A stretch of 64,000 bases of DNA from an uncultured Candidatus Saccharibacteria bacterium. GTDB taxonomy: Bacteria; Patescibacteriota; CAZHWT01. Location: contig CAZQWH010000002.1 of NCBI GenBank assembly GCA_964597145.1, forward strand, positions 177,232 to 241,231, written 5' to 3'. The position numbers were made by a program, and so were the translations under genes. Shown here in pieces: positions 60,481-64,000 of the stretch. Position 1 is the first letter of the stretch. Every line of letters starts with the position of its first letter. The notes under the pieces were generated by a model, which worked only from the letters and a program-made list of their open reading frames with translations, was not told the origin of the DNA and ran no database searches.

Positions 60481-62220
60481 TTAATCGACAAATTCGCCGC
60501 CAAATATTTCGGCCGCTGTGTCGGCTAAGCTCTCTTCTTCAATTGGCGCCACATTATGTAAATCTTCCTCAGTCATCGGTTGCTTTTTGGGCCGCAGGCT
60601 TTTATCGGCTAATTCGCCTCGAATTTTAATAGGGTGGCCAAAAACAGTCTCGGCAACATCTTCAACCATCCGACGATTTTTATCTAATTCCACCTGTTTC
60701 TTATGAAAGGCATTCCAGAATTGAAGCAACAGTATTGTACCATCAAGCGATACGGGCGTACAGTGATGGCGCAACAAGGAGCCCACTGATTTGTTTTGAT
60801 TCAATACGGCAATAAGGGTTTGTTGCCAGGCCGAAGCCAAGTCGGCTGGTGGATTAGCTGGCGCTCCAGTTGGAGGCGGGGCGGATACCGGAGAATCACC
60901 CCGAGATCCAGCTTCTGCGCTCTGGTTATTGGATTTAGAATCAGATGCAGGTGCAGAGGTTGTTGTTTTATGGGCTGCGGATCCAGTTGGCTTTGAATGT
61001 TCGCTCTTTAAATCCCGATCTTTGATCTTGAGATCATAGGTAGGCGGTGTAGCCTCAGCCTGCCTGGTCACTGCCTCAACCGACCCCTGGCTTTTAACCC
61101 CCGAGCTCCCCCCTCCTATCTTCTGAGTCAATGCTAGTGACTCAAGCAAGCTTAGCTCCACTGTCAAAGCCGGATGTAGCGAAGAATGAGTTGGCTGGAC
61201 GGCCAAATTTTTAATAGCCTGGGTTAAAAATCCTGGTGTAGTTTGAGCAATTATTGTATCCATCCACGCCTGTTGTTGCTCAGATTGCTGCTTTGCTAAA
61301 TCTGTAGATTTTAGGCTATAGAACAACAAATCTCTAAGCTGATCAATGAGCCCAGCCGTTAAATAACGGACCTCTCCGCCATTGGCGGCAAAACCCTCAA
61401 TCGCTTCAATCATAGCCATTGGTTGCTGTTGCACGAGCTGCTCAATAATTTGCTGCACCACCTCTTGATTGGCTAATCCCAACTGCTGTTCAATATCCGA
61501 ACGACTAATCGCCTCTTTCGCCTTGGCCACACCTGTCTGTTGGGTACTAGTTATAACCTGGTCCAACAACATTACTCCATCGCGATATCCGCCCTCAGCC
61601 AACTGAGATAGCAACGCTAGGGCTTCTGGTTGGATAGTAACTTTTTCTTGGGTAGCAATCTGGGTAAGTAGCTGTTGTAGCTGTTCTTGGCTAGCTCCAC
61701 TAAACGCAAACCGTTGACAGCGTGAAGCGATAGTCACCGGCACTTTATGACTTTCGGTAGTACATAAGATAATTACCACATGGGCTGGAGGCTCCTCTAA
61801 AGTCTTTAACAGCGCGTTAAAAGCCTCACGGGTAAACATATGCACCTCATCTAAGATGTACACCTTGTACCGGCCAATACTCGGCACCGACTGAGCCTGC
61901 TCTACTAATTCACGAACATCATCAATACCACGATGGGAAGCAGCATCAATTTCAACCACATCTAAGAACGACCCCTGATTAATGGCAAGACAATGTGCGC
62001 ATTCATTACATGGCCGCTCAGCCACTGTATCACTCAAACAATTAACCGCTTTAGCCATAATCCGCGCCACCGAGGTCTTCCCTGTACCGCGGGGCCCCGA
62101 GAAGAGATAGGCATGGGCAATCCGCTGGGTAGCGATAGCTTGGCTCAAAATCGAAGCTACTTGTGGCTGTCCCACCAGTTCAGATAATTTTTGCGATCGA
62201 TATTTACGATATAACGTCAT
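60481..62220 (-). CDS. dnaX: DNA polymerase III subunit gamma/tau
   Basis: MTLYRKYRSQ...GPRGTGKTS; start placed at ATG 62220 (the ORF-track start 62319 adds 33 aa ahead of the conserved MTLYRKYR opening); Pro/Thr/Ser-rich linker. Confidence 0.85.
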   Translation of the reverse strand: MTLYRKYRSQKLSELVGQPQVASILSQAIATQRIAHAYLFSGPRGTGKTSVARIMAKAVNCLSDTVAERPCNECAHCLAINQGSFLDVVEIDAASHRGIDDVRELVEQAQSVPSIGRYKVYILDEVHMFTREAFNALLKTLEEPPAHVVIILCTTESHKVPVTIASRCQRFAFSGASQEQLQQLLTQIATQEKVTIQPEALALLSQLAEGGYRDGVMLLDQVITSTQQTGVAKAKEAISRSDIEQQLGLANQEVVQQIIEQLVQQQPMAMIEAIEGFAANGGEVRYLTAGLIDQLRDLLFYSLKSTDLAKQQSEQQQAWMDTIIAQTTPGFLTQAIKNLAVQPTHSSLHPALTVELSLLESLALTQKIGGGSSGVKSQGSVEAVTRQAEATPPTYDLKIKDRDLKSEHSKPTGSAAHKTTTSAPASDSKSNNQSAEAGSRGDSPVSAPPPTGAPANPPADLASAWQQTLIAVLNQNKSVGSLLRHHCTPVSLDGTILLLQFWNAFHKKQVELDKNRRMVEDVAETVFGHPIKIRGELADKSLRPKKQPMTEEDLHNVAPIEEESLADTAAEIFGGEFVD

Positions 62221-62321
62221 ATACAAGTGTAAAGTTATAAGGGATAAGGGAGAAGTTGGAGCAATAAAGGGCCAATTTGAGGGAATTTTATACTTCCCCC
62301 TTTTCCCTTCTCGCTTCACCC

Positions 62322-62978
62322 TTAAGAGTCAATTTTGACTATAGCTTTATTATACCGCTTCATTGCATGAGGCAAGCCATTAGCCAACGCTTCTTTTACC
62401 GCGTTGGCAGCCAAACAAATTGATTCTGTTGCCAACTGTTGTTCAGCCTGAGTAAAGTTTTGCAAGACATAGGTTGGCCCTGGAATTTCTCGGTTCTCTC
62501 TAGTATTAATCCCAACTCGAAACCGCCAAAAACGGTTATGACCCAACTGATCTTGAATAGAGCGAATACCATTATGGCCATTATGGCCACTTTCGGTTGC
62601 AATTTTAAGTCTACCCAAAGATAAATCAAGCTCATCATGTACAATCCATATATTCTCGGGAGCAATCTTGTAATACTGAGCTAAACGGCTCACTGCCTGC
62701 CCCGAAGCATTCATCATCGTGGTTGGCTTAGCCAAAACCACTTCCTGGTTATCAAGGCGAGTTTTTTGAATAACAGCCCGGCAGCGATCCTGATTCTGCC
62801 AGCCGGAGGAATTCGCCAGTAGGTCAACCACTCTAAAGCCGATATTGTGGCGAGTAAACTCGTATTCGGGCCCAATATTTCCTAACCCAACAATCAGCTT
62901 AGCATCTGGGGACTTATAGGGCTTTGAGGTTCGTTGTAAAAAAGGTAACTTCATTTGCTCCAGAAAATAATGCAACAA
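62322..62978 (-). CDS. pth: Peptidyl-tRNA hydrolase (true start probably the internal Met near 62954)
   Basis: LIVGLGNIGPEYEFTRHNIGF. Confidence 0.85.
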   Translation of the reverse strand: MLHYFLEQMKLPFLQRTSKPYKSPDAKLIVGLGNIGPEYEFTRHNIGFRVVDLLANSSGWQNQDRCRAVIQKTRLDNQEVVLAKPTTMMNASGQAVSRLAQYYKIAPENIWIVHDELDLSLGRLKIATESGHNGHNGIRSIQDQLGHNRFWRFRVGINTRENREIPGPTYVLQNFTQAEQQLATESICLAANAVKEALANGLPHAMKRYNKAIVKIDS

Positions 62979-63100
62979 GGAATGGTATGGTAAAGCTCAA
63001 AAGGTAGAGTTCAAAACCACAACCAAAAAGTCAAAACTAAGCATAAAAGGCTTTTACTTTTGAACTATGGTTTGCGCTTTGAGTTTTGCGCTTCTAATCC

Positions 63101-63472
63101 CTATCCGCTAAGCACTGTCAAAAATGGCGGTCCAAACAGCACCAATCCTACAATCGCGGCGATGAGGGTTGATACCAACACCGCCCCAGCCCCAATATCT
63201 TTAACCACCCCGGCTTGCTGATTATACTCAGGCGAGAGCAAGTTCGTCATCTCTTCAATTGCAGTGTTACACAACTCAGTTGCAACCACCAAACCAATTG
63301 TCAAAATCAGAATCAAGAATTGGGTCGTCGTAAAGTGTAAAAAGTAAGCCAAGACGAGCACCACCAACGCGACCAGCAGGTGGACCCAAATGTTAACCTG
63401 CGTTGATAGCGTATACTTTACCCCCTTAGCCGCATACCGGTAACTTTTTACTTGTCGTCTGGCATGTCTCAT
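63101..63472 (-). CDS. dgkA: Diacylglycerol/undecaprenol kinase (DgkA family)
   Basis: ELCNTAIEEM and VKDIGAGAV motifs; start placed at Met 63472. Confidence 0.7.
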   Translation of the reverse strand: MRHARRQVKSYRYAAKGVKYTLSTQVNIWVHLLVALVVLVLAYFLHFTTTQFLILILTIGLVVATELCNTAIEEMTNLLSPEYNQQAGVVKDIGAGAVLVSTLIAAIVGLVLFGPPFLTVLSG

Positions 63473-63521
63473 CATACCTACGTATTGTAGCATGCCCGTT
63501 GAGAACAAGAAGCGCGACCCA

Positions 63522-64000
63522 TTACGATCGCTGGGCCCGCAGAGACACTGCGCCCAAAATGATAGCCAGCACAATAAATCCAACCATCACCACTACTGCC
63601 CACGTCAAATCCGAGGTCCAATCAGAGTAACTTTTAACCTGCTCCAGGGCTTTTACCACGTAAGTAATCGGCATAATATCGGCAAAATACTGGAGCGGTT
63701 CCGCCATTTGATCTCGGCCAATAAACAAGCCGCAGGTTAAGAACTGTGGCATCACAAAGGCCGGCATAAACTGAACCGCTTGAAACTCGTTATGGGCAAA
63801 AGCGCTAAAAAACAAACCGAAAGCCATACCTAAAACACCAGATACGACTGCCACTACAACCAGCGAACTCAAACTACCAGCCAGTTGCACGTCAAACAAA
63901 TACATCGTCACCAAGCTCACCAAAACCGCTTGGACGAGGGCTAAAAGAGCGAAGGCCAACGCATAGCCTAACACAATATCCAACCGGGTAGCAGGCAAAA
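63522..64000 (-). CDS. ABC-2-type transporter permease, C-terminal part (gene continues past the window end)
   Basis: Multi-TM C-terminal segment typical of ABC-2 permeases; no start inside the window. Confidence 0.5.
   Translation of the reverse strand, partial: LPATRLDIVLGYALAFALLALVQAVLVSLVTMYLFDVQLAGSLSSLVVVAVVSGVLGMAFGLFFSAFAHNEFQAVQFMPAFVMPQFLTCGLFIGRDQMAEPLQYFADIMPITYVVKALEQVKSYSDWTSDLTWAVVVMVGFIVLAIILGAVSLRAQRS

Noticed and set aside
60481-62319. Long N-terminal extension of dnaX and the internal ORFs 60518..60706, 60796..60996 and 61993..62187
   Set aside because: DnaX orthologues start at the conserved MTLYRKYR motif, so the extension is likely untranslated. The internal ORFs are antisense, Cys/Arg-rich artefacts.

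Overview
This 64-kb window is densely packed bacterial DNA, mostly minus-strand operons and about 50% GC. Several proteins carry low-complexity tails and the transketolase is split, features common in small-genome Gram-positive-type or CPR/Saccharibacteria-like bacteria; the organism is not established. Core genes recognised from motifs are tgt, a Kef-type antiporter, an RluA-family pseudouridine synthase, a two-component histidine kinase with its receiver, DksA/TraR, an M16 peptidase, efp, one tRNA-Leu(CAA), dnaB, uppS, rpmE-prfA-prmC, HtrA and S41 proteases, rpsF-ssb-rpsR, a ChbG-like deacetylase, ychF, glycerate kinase, split transketolase, an FAD-linked oxidase, a long PfkB kinase, cysS, recR, ybaB, dnaX, pth and dgkA. 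An accessory stretch at about 32.7-45.4 kb holds a small mobile unit: a Y1 tyrosine-transposase (RAYT/IS200-like) gene between 31-bp inverted repeats. Directly beside it lies a strongly AT-rich four-gene operon of unknown membrane and soluble proteins (33886-38251; about 32% GC against about 52% in core samples). I rank this operon as the best candidate for an undescribed accessory or defence-type system, but its function is not established. The stretch also holds a SAM methyltransferase, a GC-rich Trp-rich ORFan, a WxL-like and DUF916-like surface-protein pair, and a GT2 glycosyltransferase. A second transposase unit sits at 58353-59201, and a solo copy of its terminal hairpin repeat at 53898-53935. 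Other non-coding signals are a 26-bp perfect AT palindrome present in three exact copies, a perfect consensus sigma70 promoter feeding a roughly 125-nt hairpin-rich transcript that ends at an intrinsic terminator, a 16-bp duplicate of the tRNA-Leu 3' end, and several short repeat families shared between intergenic regions. No rRNA, CRISPR array, phage structural module, integrase or terminase was recognised.
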